Below are positions 1-10,996 of a stretch of DNA of 64,000 nt, piece by piece. Position 1 is the stretch's first letter. Every line of letters begins with the position of its first letter. The stretch lies in assembly GCA_951406725.2 (NCBI GenBank), contig OX597822.1:66712001-66776000 (forward strand). The letters run 5' to 3'. Source of the stretch: Octopus vulgaris (lineage: Eukaryota). The notes below the pieces were generated by a model that was not told where the DNA came from, searched no databases, and worked only from the letters and a program-made list of their open reading frames with translations. The position numbers and the translations under genes were made by a program.

Positions 1-2054
1 TTGTGTTTATATATTGACCGGTATGTATGAATTGGCATGTGCCACATCGGCTATCATTGCATTTAGATACCGTGAATGTTTGGTCTTTGTTGCTGAGGTC
101 AAATTTTGCCTTTGTTAGTAATGTTTTCAAGTTTTTAGGCTGTCTTTTACTAAGCACCATAGCTCGATCCTTGATTATGTCTTTTAATTCATTACTTTGG
201 GCAATGATTGGAAGGTTTGCTTTGGCAATGTTGAAGATATTCTGGTGACATGGGTTGTGTGTCACTATGAATGGTATGACTTGTTCTTGTTTTCCTCTTC
301 CTTGGGTTGTCCTAAGTTGTTGTATAGGTATTTTTATAGCCCGCTGTATGCCATTTTCTATAAGTAGAGATGGGTATTTTTGTTTGAGCAAAAATTCTCT
401 TAGTTCTATTAGGCGTTTGTTCCTGATATTTGCATCTTCTACAATAGTACAAATTCTTCTGGCTAGGCAGTATGGGATGTTACGTTTTGTATGTGGTGGA
501 TGGCACGACTTAAAATTTAGGTATTGATGTGTGTCTGTGTGTTTATAGTATATATCTGTGGTGATGGTGGTGTCATTTTTAATTACCATTATATCCAGGA
601 ATGGTAATTTGGTACTACTCATCTCCTTTGTAAATTTGAGAGATGGGTGTAGGTTGTTCAGGAGGATATTGAACTCTTCCAGAGTATTTAGAGATTATGT
701 CCAGATTATGAAACAGTCGTCTAGGTATCTCTTCCATGCCTTTTCAATATACTTTCTAAATCCAGTGCCATAGTTTACCTCCACCTCTTGGTAGAGTTGT
801 TCTTCTAAGTATCCCATTACAGAGTTGGCGTAAACGGGAGCAAACCTCGTTCCCATCGCCGTGCCTCTAATTTGGATGTAATTCTTTCCATTGAAGAAGA
901 ATGTGTTATTTTCTAGAATAAGTTTGACTGTGTCTAATATAAATGCCACTGTGAATCTGCTGGGAATCACTTCTCTATGTTTTTCTAACCAGTATTTAAT
1001 CGCCTTTATTCCTAAATCGTGTGGAATATTGGTGTAGAGGCTTACCACATCAAAACTTAGCAAAACTGAATTTGTTTCTGTTGTTTTGGGAAGATGGGAC
1101 AGGAAGTCGATGTCATCCCTGATGAAACTTGGTATGTAAGTACATAGTGGTTTCAAAACAATGTCAATAAAATTGCTTAGACGGTGTGTAGGGCATGCTG
1201 GACCAGCTATAATAGGTCTAAGTTTTAGGTCTTTTGGATGTAATAATTTTATGTACTCACTTTCTTGTTCTTTTACTGCCTGTTGAATGTTTTTTGATTT
1301 GTGTATTTTTGGTAAGCCGTAGAAGTTGCTGGGTTTTGGTTCAAAATTGGTGATGTAGTCTTTTTCATTATCCGTAAGTGAGTTGTGGTGTGTTGAAATC
1401 AGGTTGTTGATCTTTTTCATGATGTGGTGGTCTATATTTGCGGGTATTTCACAATAGAAGGTTGTATCCTTCAGTTGGTCTTCAACCAAATCCTTATAGT
1501 ATTCGGTATCCATAATAACAATTGCACCACCTTTATCTGCTTGTTTAATTATTATTGTTTGATCGTTTTGTATACGTTTACATGCAGACATCTCTGATTT
1601 GCTAATGTTTGGCCTAACATTGGTATTGCGTCTAAGGGGAAATTTAGACAGGATATCAATGTATTGGTCAAGGTAGTTATTTCTTCCTTTTGGTGGGGTG
1701 AAATTTGATTTATTCCTTACTAGGGATTCATCAATCTCATTACTTTTGTTAGCGAAGAATTCTACAAGTCGTAATTTTCGACAGAATTTTTGGATATCCT
1801 CCTTTAATTCTTGGTGGTTGGCTGTTGGTGTAGGTGTGAATTTCAGTCCTTTTGACAGAAGTTGGATTTCATCATTGTCAAGATCTCTTTTTGATAAATT
1901 AATTATTTTAGGATCTATACGTTCAGTTGTTTGGGGTATGTTTCCTCTTGGATTTTTTCTTTCTCCGGTGTTTGTTGTCCTGACGTAAAAAAATGGATTT
2001 TTTTCTGGTTATGATTTATATTCCTGTTGATGTTTGCTTGATGAATTTTGCGTT
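1..2054 (-). mobile_element. Inverted (head-to-head) partial duplicate of the same PLE; runs off the window start
   Basis: Position i pairs with 4735-i. Five ORF pairs have identical translations (e.g. 695..1591- and 3144..4040+). Symmetry breaks at 2055/2680. Confidence 0.97.
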
Positions 2055-2820
2055 GTCTAAACAATCCCGCTACAAAGCCAAATACGAAGCTATCGATGAT
2101 CAAATCAGAGATGAAATATCCAAACTAACGACCGGCAATATAGCAGAAAAAATGCGAGAACTATGGATCAGAGATATCTCAAAAGAAGAAAGCAGATCAA
2201 GAAAGTTTTGGCAGCGGAAACAATTATTTCTCGACAAATATGCTACAAATTACGGTAAAGACACCAGAACTCCGAGAAATAGCATTAAAAGTGGACAACC
2301 TCACCAACGCAACATACACCAGAACACGTGGCAACATGAACACCCGTTTCACCACGAATCGAAGACGAACTACGGTAAGAACTCTTCCCATTTTGTATGC
2401 AAACACCCTAATGCACACAACATGAACAAAAAGCACAAACAAAATAGATATTGTTTTGAACAGACCATTAGCAGTAGAAATAACAGGAGATCATTTTCAA
2501 GACCTCAACAGAGATTACCCACAAGAAACTGGACAAAAAACCGATCTAGATCTAGAAGTAAACCCAGATCATTTCTCCAGGTGGTTAAAAACAATGCTAA
2601 CAAGAAATTGAAAAGTAGCATACATAATACCAAAAACAAGACAGAAAACATAACGAAACCAAGTAAAGTACCACAACCAAAACGCAAAATTCATCAAGCA
2701 AACATCAACAGGAATATAAATCATAACCAGAAAAAAATCCATTTTTTTACGTCAGGACAACAAACACCGGAGAAAGAAAAAATCCAAGAGGAAACATACC
2801 CCAAACAACTGAACGTATAG
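2055..2820 (+). CDS. 5'-truncated PLE ORF1-like protein (helical domain plus basic, RS-rich disordered tail)
   Basis: Part of track ORF 1993..2820, whose first ~20 codons come from the inverted arm. Helical segment ELWIRDISKEESRSRKFWQRKQLFL, then K/R/N-rich region with NRSRSRSKPRS. Overlaps ORF2 in the -1 frame. Confidence 0.6.
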
Positions 2821-5054
2821 ATCCTAAAATAATTAATTTATCAAAAAGAGATCTTGACAATGATGAAATCCAACTTCTGTCAAAAGGACTGAAATTCACA
2901 CCTACACCAACAGCCAACCACCAAGAATTAAAGGAGGATATCCAAAAATTCTGTCGAAAATTACGACTTGTAGAATTCTTCGCTAACAAAAGTAATGAGA
3001 TTGATGAATCCCTAGTAAGGAATAAATCAAATTTCACCCCACCAAAAGGAAGAAATAACTACCTTGACCAATACATTGATATCCTGTCTAAATTTCCCCT
3101 TAGACGCAATACCAATGTTAGGCCAAACATTAGCAAATCAGAGATGTCTGCATGTAAACGTATACAAAACGATCAAACAATAATAATTAAACAAGCAGAT
3201 AAAGGTGGTGCAATTGTTATTATGGATACCGAATACTATAAGGATTTGGTTGAAGACCAACTGAAGGATACAACCTTCTATTGTGAAATACCCGCAAATA
3301 TAGACCACCACATCATGAAAAAGATCAACAACCTGATTTCAACACACCACAACTCACTTACGGATAATGAAAAAGACTACATCACCAATTTTGAACCAAA
3401 ACCCAGCAACTTCTACGGCTTACCAAAAATACACAAATCAAAAAACATTCAACAGGCAGTAAAAGAACAAGAAAGTGAGTACATAAAATTATTACATCCA
3501 AAAGACCTAAAACTTAGACCTATTATAGCTGGTCCAGCATGCCCTACACACCGTCTAAGCAATTTTATTGACATTGTTTTGAAACCACTATGTACTTACA
3601 TACCAAGTTTCATCAGGGATGACATCGACTTCCTGTCCCATCTTCCCAAAACAACAGAAACAAATTCAGTTTTGCTAAGTTTTGATGTGGTAAGCCTCTA
3701 CACCAATATTCCACACGATTTAGGAATAAAGGCGATTAAATACTGGTTAGAAAAACATAGAGAAGTGATTCCCAGCAGATTCACAGTGGCATTTATATTA
3801 GACACAGTCAAACTTATTCTAGAAAATAACACATTCTTCTTCAATGGAAAGAATTACATCCAAATTAGAGGCACGGCGATGGGAACGAGGTTTGCTCCCG
3901 TTTACGCCAACTCTGTAATGGGATACTTAGAAGAACAACTCTACCAAGAGGTGGAGGTAAACTATGGCACTGGATTTAGAAAGTATATTGAAAAGGCATG
4001 GAAGAGATACCTAGACGACTGTTTCATAATCTGGACATAATCTCTAAATACTCTGGAAGAGTTCAATATCCTCCTGAACAACCTACACCCATCTCTCAAA
4101 TTTACAAAGGAGATGAGTAGTACCAAATTACCATTCCTGGATATAATGGTAATTAAAAATGACACCACCATCACCACAGATATATACTATAAACACACAG
4201 ACACACATCAATACCTAAATTTTAAGTCGTGCCATCCACCACATACAAAACGTAACATCCCATACTGCCTAGCCAGAAGAATTTGTACTATTGTAGAAGA
4301 TGCAAATATCAGGAACAAACGCCTAATAGAACTAAGAGAATTTTTGCTCAAACAAAAATACCCATCTCTACTTATAGAAAATGGCATACAGCGGGCTATA
4401 AAAATACCTATACAACAACTTAGGACAACCCAAGGAAGAGGAAAACAAGAACAAGTCATACCATTCATAGTGACACACAACCCATGTCACCAGAATATCT
4501 TCAACATTGCCAAAGCAAACCTTCCAATCATTGCCCAAAGTAATGAATTAAAAGACATAATCAAGGATCGAGCTATGGTGCTTAGTAAAAGACAGCCTAA
4601 AAACTTGAAAACATTACTAACAAAGGCAAAATTTGACCTCAGCAACAAAGACCAAACATTCACGGTATCTAAATGCAATGATAGCCGATGTGGCACATGC
4701 CAATTCATACATACCGGTCAATATATAAACACAAAAACCGGGAAAATATTCACAAACGCGAATATGAACTGCAAAAGCAGAAATTTAATTTACTGCATCA
4801 AATGCCCAAATTGTGAAGAAATATATGTAGGTCAGACGGGAAACGCACTATTAGAACGCTCACGTGTACACCGGCAACAGATTAGAGACCCAGAGGTCCG
4901 TCAGATACCTTTGAGTAACCACCTAGCAACATGTGGTCGGAAAATATATATAATATTTCCATTCTACAAATTACACAGCCCAAGTGAAATCGAGAGGAAA
5001 ATCAGAGAAAAGAATTTTATTGATAAATTCGAACCCAAGCTAAATAAGCAATAA
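2727..5054 (+). pseudogene. PLE RT/GIY-YIG endonuclease polyprotein ORF2, interrupted by one in-frame TAA (4038-4040)
   Basis: The frame of track ORFs 3144..4040 and 4113..5054 is open from 2727 (after TAA at 2724-2726). Read-through gives CFIIWT*SLNTLEEFNILLNNLHPSLKFTKEMSSTKLPFLDI, continuous PLE RT sequence. No ATG precedes the conserved N-terminal motifs. Confidence 0.9.
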
Positions 5055-5371
5055 TAATAATACTTAGAGGTATTACTTCCACTGCTACGACCATGACCAC
5101 TAACAACAACAACAATACTAAAGGTGATCAAGACGAAGATAGCAGGAAAATTATCTTATTTAGGGTTAAAAGTTCTATTGCCACCACCATCACCACTAGC
5201 AACAATAATTAAGGTGCTGACAATGATGATGATGACAATTGAAATATAAAAATATAAAAATCTCTGACAAAGGATATTTACAACATTTCTAAAAATAACC
5301 CAACAATTGCTGCTTCGGCCAGGGTCAAGATACAGGACTCTTGACCTGTCCAACAAAGCGTGATGCCTAAA

Positions 5372-5485
5372 CCAATCAGCTCAACCAACCAATCAGCTTA
5401 AGTAATTGAGTGATACTACACACTGATTGGTCAGAATACAGTTTGCAAAACCTAGCACTCTGGAGCCTACCCAGCTGTATTTATA
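5372..5485 (+). promoter_or_regulatory. Putative Pol II promoter in PLE pLTR (CCAAT boxes and TATA-like box)
   Basis: CCAATCAGC at 5372 and 5389, reverse CCAAT (CTGATTGG) at 5423-5430, TATTTATA at 5478-5485, upstream of the hammerhead. Confidence 0.45.
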
Positions 5486-5548
5486 GCACAGAATCACTCA
5501 TCTTGCTACAGTCAAAAATTGTGAAGCATGACTGTCAACACTACTACA

Positions 5549-5593
5549 TGAACCCGAAGATTGCAGAATTCAATGCATGAAAGTACTAGTTCA
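5549..5593 (+). ncRNA. Minimal type I hammerhead ribozyme (U4C core variant)
   Basis: TGAAC-CCGAAGA-T-TGCA(gaattcaa)TGCA-T-GAAA-GTAC-TA-GTTCA: stem I TGAAC/GTTCA, stem II TGCA/TGCA, palindromic stem III as in PLE minimal HHRs. Confidence 0.8.
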
Positions 5594-6049
5594 ATCAGAA
5601 TGAATATTTAACATTCTACTATTTCATTTTATTTTACTCAATTATAATATATTATCTTATAATATATCATTATAAGATTGTAAATAAAACGTGAAAATCA
5701 GACAAGGTTGGAATTCTTTTTATTAATATATATATATATATATACATATAGTTACTTATGCATGTGCGTATATGCGTACATATATGTGTGTGTGTATGTG
5801 TGTGTGTATGTGTGCGTGTTTGTGTGTGTACCCATGTACTCTAGACGATTTGAGGTTTTTTAGGAAAGACATAACTCTCCTGGATTGTTGTAATTTTAAG
5901 ATATCATTATTACACATCCAATAAGCTAACCTGCCAACTGTTGTTATTCCACGTTGAAGGACACATCGGTAACAGCGCTTTGTACACACCGTAGCAGACA
6001 CTACTTGCCGTAGCTCCCTAGGTTGTGGAAAGCGATGGGAATATGAAGA

Positions 6050-6430
6050 CAATTTTGATGCTTGTAATGTAGGAAAATTTTGGGCTAAACTAGGCTAGAA
6101 AAAACATTTGAAATGCTCCAGGCAGTTGATGGATTAACTTCTATCAGTCGAGAATGTTTTTCGCTGATACAGGAAGCCAGACAAAGCAAGTCCACCGGAA
6201 ATCTTAAGAAGTTTCAACTACAAGGGTATCATCTGTTTATACTGCGTTTCTTCTGGCTGGACGGTCAACAAAAAGTAATTTCTGGATTTTTTGAGAGAAG
6301 TGATTTCGTCGTGAATGTCCAGACATTCTGGATCAAGACAATACGCCAGTCCACATTTCCATCCTTCTTACGAAGTATGTGATGGAGACGGGCATCATAA
6401 CTGTCCCTCATTTTTCGTACACCCCACATT
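6050..6430 (+). mobile_element. Decayed mariner-like transposase remnant
   Basis: Fragments resembling the mariner HTH region (KTFEMLQAV) and the second catalytic Asp region (ILDQDNT, cf. LHQDNA); heavily mutated, boundaries approximate. Confidence 0.4.
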
Positions 6431-7567
6431 TGTACCGTGATATTTGTATATCGCCAAAGTATAGCTATGTACAAATATGGCATTTCACACAAATTCGTAG
6501 ATAATTTTGTTTGCTCAAATAAATAATGATAAATATTGGAACTAATTTATGAGTTTTCTTTCCCGCAGTATTTCCATTTGGTAGACATAACTACTTAGTC
6601 TTCATCAAAATTCATTAATCGTATTATAAAGTAAAACTGTAAAAAACAAACACTCCCATCTTCTGTTCCAGCTTCATATATATTGATCTTCAGCGTACCA
6701 ATTTCTCCCTACAAAAAAAAATGTCTTCAACTAGTTGGTTAGATGAGGCAATTAAGAATAAAATAATTCTAAATAATGTTATGGTATATCTGATATTATT
6801 TTTTTAGATTATGCTAATGTATATAAGAGGGAGCGAACTAAACACTGTGCTATATTAAAATTATTATGTCTGGAATTTATATAATTAGCAAAGCACATAT
6901 AGATGTAAATCGAGAAGAATCCACACGAGTATACACACATTTTTTATTATATTTCATTTCGTCTGTGAAGAAAAGAAATGCATATTTAGAGTCTCCGTAC
7001 TTTCTCAGGCCTTCATGTTCGTACAATTTGTATTTCATTATAACGTAGCTAATAATCAGCTTTTAATATATGTTTGAGTGTGTAAAATAGGCTTAAAGAA
7101 CTATCCAGAAGGTGATTTTGGATGATTAATATTAAAATGGCATTTATTATGTAGACCTAGAAAAGTGAAACCGATTTGCAATATCAACTACGACGATCTT
7201 CGCCGACCTTAAAATTAATAGCAGAGCGATATTTGTCATTCACACATTGTGAAGCAGAGATCACCAAAACATACCTTCTCAAAATTTGTTCTGTACAAGA
7301 CATTGGCACAATTTCCAGTTCTTACCACCCTTCTTTAATCACTCATTCAACTCTCGCATTTATTTGGTATTCCATTTTCGATCGATGAATTGATTTCAGC
7401 CTCAAATATAAAACATCGATTCACTGTTTGATACCAAACTTCAAAGCTTCAATCTAATCCATCATAATGTACTGTTCTTCGCGTCTAGTTCTATTCGTAA
7501 ACAGCAATCCTTACATCAGTAACAATCTACGTTCCACTCACAGTGTCCTATGGATTGGAGATTTAAC

Positions 7568-7983
7568 GGATCTTTTCGGTTTGAACGGCAGTTTCTTCTA
7601 GCGGTGTCATATGAAATTGTCACCCATAATTATGACCCTAGAATCGATCTATTGCATTTCAATCTCTTTTAGGGTTAGGGTTAGTTAGGGTTAGGGTTAG
7701 GGGTGGAGGAAGAGTATCTTTTTTTCTTCACAAGTGTAAATAAACCCAATCTGTTTCTTAAACGAGGGACATATTCATACGGCACAGAATGCTTTTTAAC
7801 TCAATAGACGTCACTGGTTGGTTGAAAAACCCACAAATATCTTACAAACTATAGAATTTTCTCAATAAAGCCAAGAGAGAAAGATGTTTTATAAACACAT
7901 TCTACCTGTCAATATACGAAGTTTATAATTTTTTAGTTACCTAGAAATTATGTTAAAAACTGCCGTTCAAACCGAAAAGATCC
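7568..7983. mobile_element. Non-autonomous TIR element containing a (TTAGGG)n tract
   Basis: TIR GGATCTTTTCGGTTTGAACGGCAGTTT ... AAACTGCCGTTCAAACCGAAAAGATCC; TTAGGG-type repeats at ~7669-7703. Confidence 0.85.
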
Positions 7984-10808
7984 TATATAACGATTATTTA
8001 CATTCATATCCAAAAAGCTAAACGTAAATGCTACCCACACTTGACCGCAGATACATTAAAGTTCAATAGCTACAGAATATTTTAGTACATCTTCCTTTTC
8101 TGTTTCACATACCTGGCTCGTGTTTCTCTTACACGTCTCATACTATATTTCTTTGTTTCCTTTTCCCATCAGATTCTTAGCTTTCACGAAACTTGTTTCA
8201 TCTATTTCACATGCTAATCAAGCTTTCATAGTATTGTTGTCGTTTTATATTTCTCACTCTTCATTTCTACAAATTATACATGTGATGATATGTAAAACAT
8301 CCAAAATTCTAATTGCTCTTATATCAACACGACAAATATATAAATTTGAGCTGACATAAGAGGTAAAATTTGTAAATCTCAGGTGTCAAATATTGATGCA
8401 ATTTTTGTTAAGCAAATTTACTTTGAAATTGTTATTCATCTCATATTTGAAAGCAATGTTTATGAGTGACGAATTTCACTCAAATTTCTTGGAAAGCAGT
8501 GAAAAATACTAAATATTAATAGTCTATGGAAATTCTAAATCTTAATTTATATTTGAATATTGATTTTTTTTCTTAATGAAGATTTTCTTAATTAATTATG
8601 CATAACATTTTTGCGAAAGAAAATTTTTTTTTTTTTTCATAAAATACAGATTTTTGTCTGTTCAGTATTTTAAATCAATAACGAAATTTTACTTAATCTT
8701 GTAAAATTGTGTTAAGATGCTAAATAAAATGTTAGGTTGAATATTTTCTTGTCGGAGTTCGATTCATACATTTGAATGTTGGCAATCGTCAAGCTTTTCT
8801 AATTTAGTTATTTCACATCGTAAGGGGTCAATTGGCTAATTCATTCGAGTACCAGATGACCATCATTGCGGTAATTGTTCTGGCTCTACGCTCTGAGGTC
8901 AAGCAATTCTGTAGTCAAATCTATTTTCCATAGTTTTGACTTCAATAAATGAACTATTAATACTGTATAGGAGCCACTTATTCTCTTCCTGTTACTCTGT
9001 AAGTGATATGGTCAATATTCGTTACATATTAGGACGCTGCCTATTCAATTCCCTTAATGGAGTTAGAGCACAAAGCAAAGCAAGATTTCACACCCCTATT
9101 ATGCTTCTTCAATGATGAACATAAACGTTTAAAATCAGTTTACCATAGCTGAAATCAATAGAACTTAATACAATTTAGTGCATAGTTCTGATTATATAAA
9201 CTGAAATATATTATATTAAAGGTTGATTACAAGCTACGATATGAGGAAATACAATTATTATGAATATGAAGGCTTTAGAAAGTGCACTGTAACTATCAGA
9301 GACTCTAAATCTGCACTTAGTAGGTCTCTAACTATTGAACACATCTGACATACTTTCTTTTACCACGTTAAATTTCTGTATTTGAAATCAATCCTTTGCT
9401 TTTTTATTCTCAATACATGATCGGGGTTTGAACACTGTAACATCTATTTAATGCGCTTAACCACTTAACTACTTTTATTCGTTCTAGCTTTTTAATTTGT
9501 AGTATAAAATATATTGCTATCAAGATATAGCACTGAAGCATTACAAATAGAAAGCACAACTAATTATTAGAAGCAAATTTTTAATAATTGAGATATGAAA
9601 ATGTCAAATGTCCATATCTATATTAATTTCCTTTATGTGAAGAAATCTTAATAAGCATAATATTACAAAGATTGACATAATTCTGATAGCTATCTCGGCT
9701 AATACATTCTAACACTTTCATGAAAATTTGGCTGCGTATAATGTCAATAACTTGTAGTAATGAGGGTGACATTTCTGCTACATAATGTGTTGGTGTTACT
9801 AAGTTATTTTCCAAACAATTGTTCCAGGAAATTATTATATCTAAACCACAATCGCCATAATGTCAAGAACATAACAATTAATTTTGTTTATTCTGCTTAT
9901 TTTCCGTATGTTTCGTTTTGCTTTTCCCAGATATGGAATGACGGTGTTAATAAAAATAAGAATAGTACCATAAATATTAATATTCCAATTATTCAGCATA
10001 GGAAATGTTATAATCGGAGGCTGTTGCATTTAACACATTTATTCACATGAATCTATGTATGTATTTGTGTGTGTGTGTGTGTGTGTGTGTGCGTGAGCGC
10101 TGATGTTTGTAATGAAATACAATAAATCTGCAAATTTACATACATGTATCTTTCATAAAGCTTTAGATATTGGTGTTTAGCAATATCTAAAATTGAAACA
10201 ACACCCTAAATTTCATAGGAAAATTGTGATTATTAGAAAATGAAATTTGATTCCAGTAAACTTTGTTCCATTTATAAAATACACAAATTTACTGTACACT
10301 GAAGAATTTGAAAGAATTAGAAGAGTTATGAAAATTTTTCACCTGTCTGTTTTAAACAGACAGAGCGAAACAATTCAATTTCAGGTCTCTGAATGCAAAA
10401 TATCTGTTGGAATTATTGTTGTCAAACATGGTTTTTCATTAGTATTTTTCAAAATTCAAAACGAAACACCTTCGAAAAATTCGTTTTTGTATAACACGAG
10501 TAAATATTGGGAAAATTCCGGATACTAGAGAAAAGATAACTTGTTAAGCATTGAATACCACAGAAGGCAAATCCAATATTGTCAGTATCTTTTGGATTGC
10601 AATGTATGACTCATCGTTGATATAATATATGTCTTCTCTGTAAATACACCATTCTACAAAGCTTTTAAATTTTAAGATTGAATGAAAACCTGTTCCGTTC
10701 AGATTTCGTTATTTCCCTGTTATATAGTTTGTTTATATTAATAGTTATAGAATGTTATTTTCATTATTTACATTTAACGGATATTTGTCCTCATGTTGTT
10801 TGTTGTTA

Positions 10809-10851
10809 ACACAACTTTCGGCTGATATACCCTCCAGCCTTCATCAAGTGT
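10809..10851 (-). ncRNA. Degenerate minimal hammerhead ribozyme
   Basis: Minus strand ACAC-TTGATGA-A-GGCTG(gagggtatat)CAGCC-GAAA-GTT-GTGT; core C3 mutated and stem III shortened. Confidence 0.65.
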
Positions 10852-10926
10852 CTCGGAGAAATTTTTAACCTGGGTTCTTATTCCTAAGATATTGTTCGAT
10901 GTTATTATTATTATTATTATTATTAA

Positions 10927-10996
10927 GGTCACTGCATGTAATTGAACTCGGAATCTTGGCGTTAGTAGCCCGCGCTATTAAACATTACGCCATATA
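10927..10996 (-). other. tRNA-like module in PLE 3' region
   Basis: Minus strand TATGGCGTAATGTTTAATAGCGCGGGCTACTAACGCCAAGATTCCGAGTTCAATT: A-box-like and B-box-like motifs and a CTACTAA anticodon-like loop, followed by (TAA)n. Confidence 0.6.

Larger units (their letters stand above)
2055..5725 (+). mobile_element. Penelope-like retroelement (Neptune-like), 5'-truncated, ending in (TA)n
   Basis: PLE N-terminal motifs IINLS...LLSKGLKFTPTP and ADKGG; RT motifs FYGLPKIHK, RPII, SFDVVSLYTNI, GTAMG, RYLDD; Cys-rich linker CNDSRCGTC; GIY-YIG NLIYCIKCPNCEEIYVGQT; ~670-bp 3' tail with hammerhead motif and AATAAA, then (TA)n. Confidence 0.95.

Noticed and set aside
27-1988. Plus-strand ORFs 27..248, 255..527, 558..773, 1698..1988 and their mirrors
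   Set aside because: Antisense shadows of the PLE coding sequence.
1993-2054. ATG at 1993 as the start of ORF1
   Set aside because: It lies in the inverted arm (antisense PLE sequence) and is fused to ORF1 only by the rearrangement.
4038-4040. Selenocysteine recoding of the in-frame stop
   Set aside because: The codon is TAA, not TGA; the position is not a Cys site and no SECIS was recognised.
9623-10050. ORFs at 9623-10050 (also 29937-30149 and 44494-44763) as host exons
   Set aside because: No recognisable domain or convincing splice-site pair; cannot be supported without RNA data.
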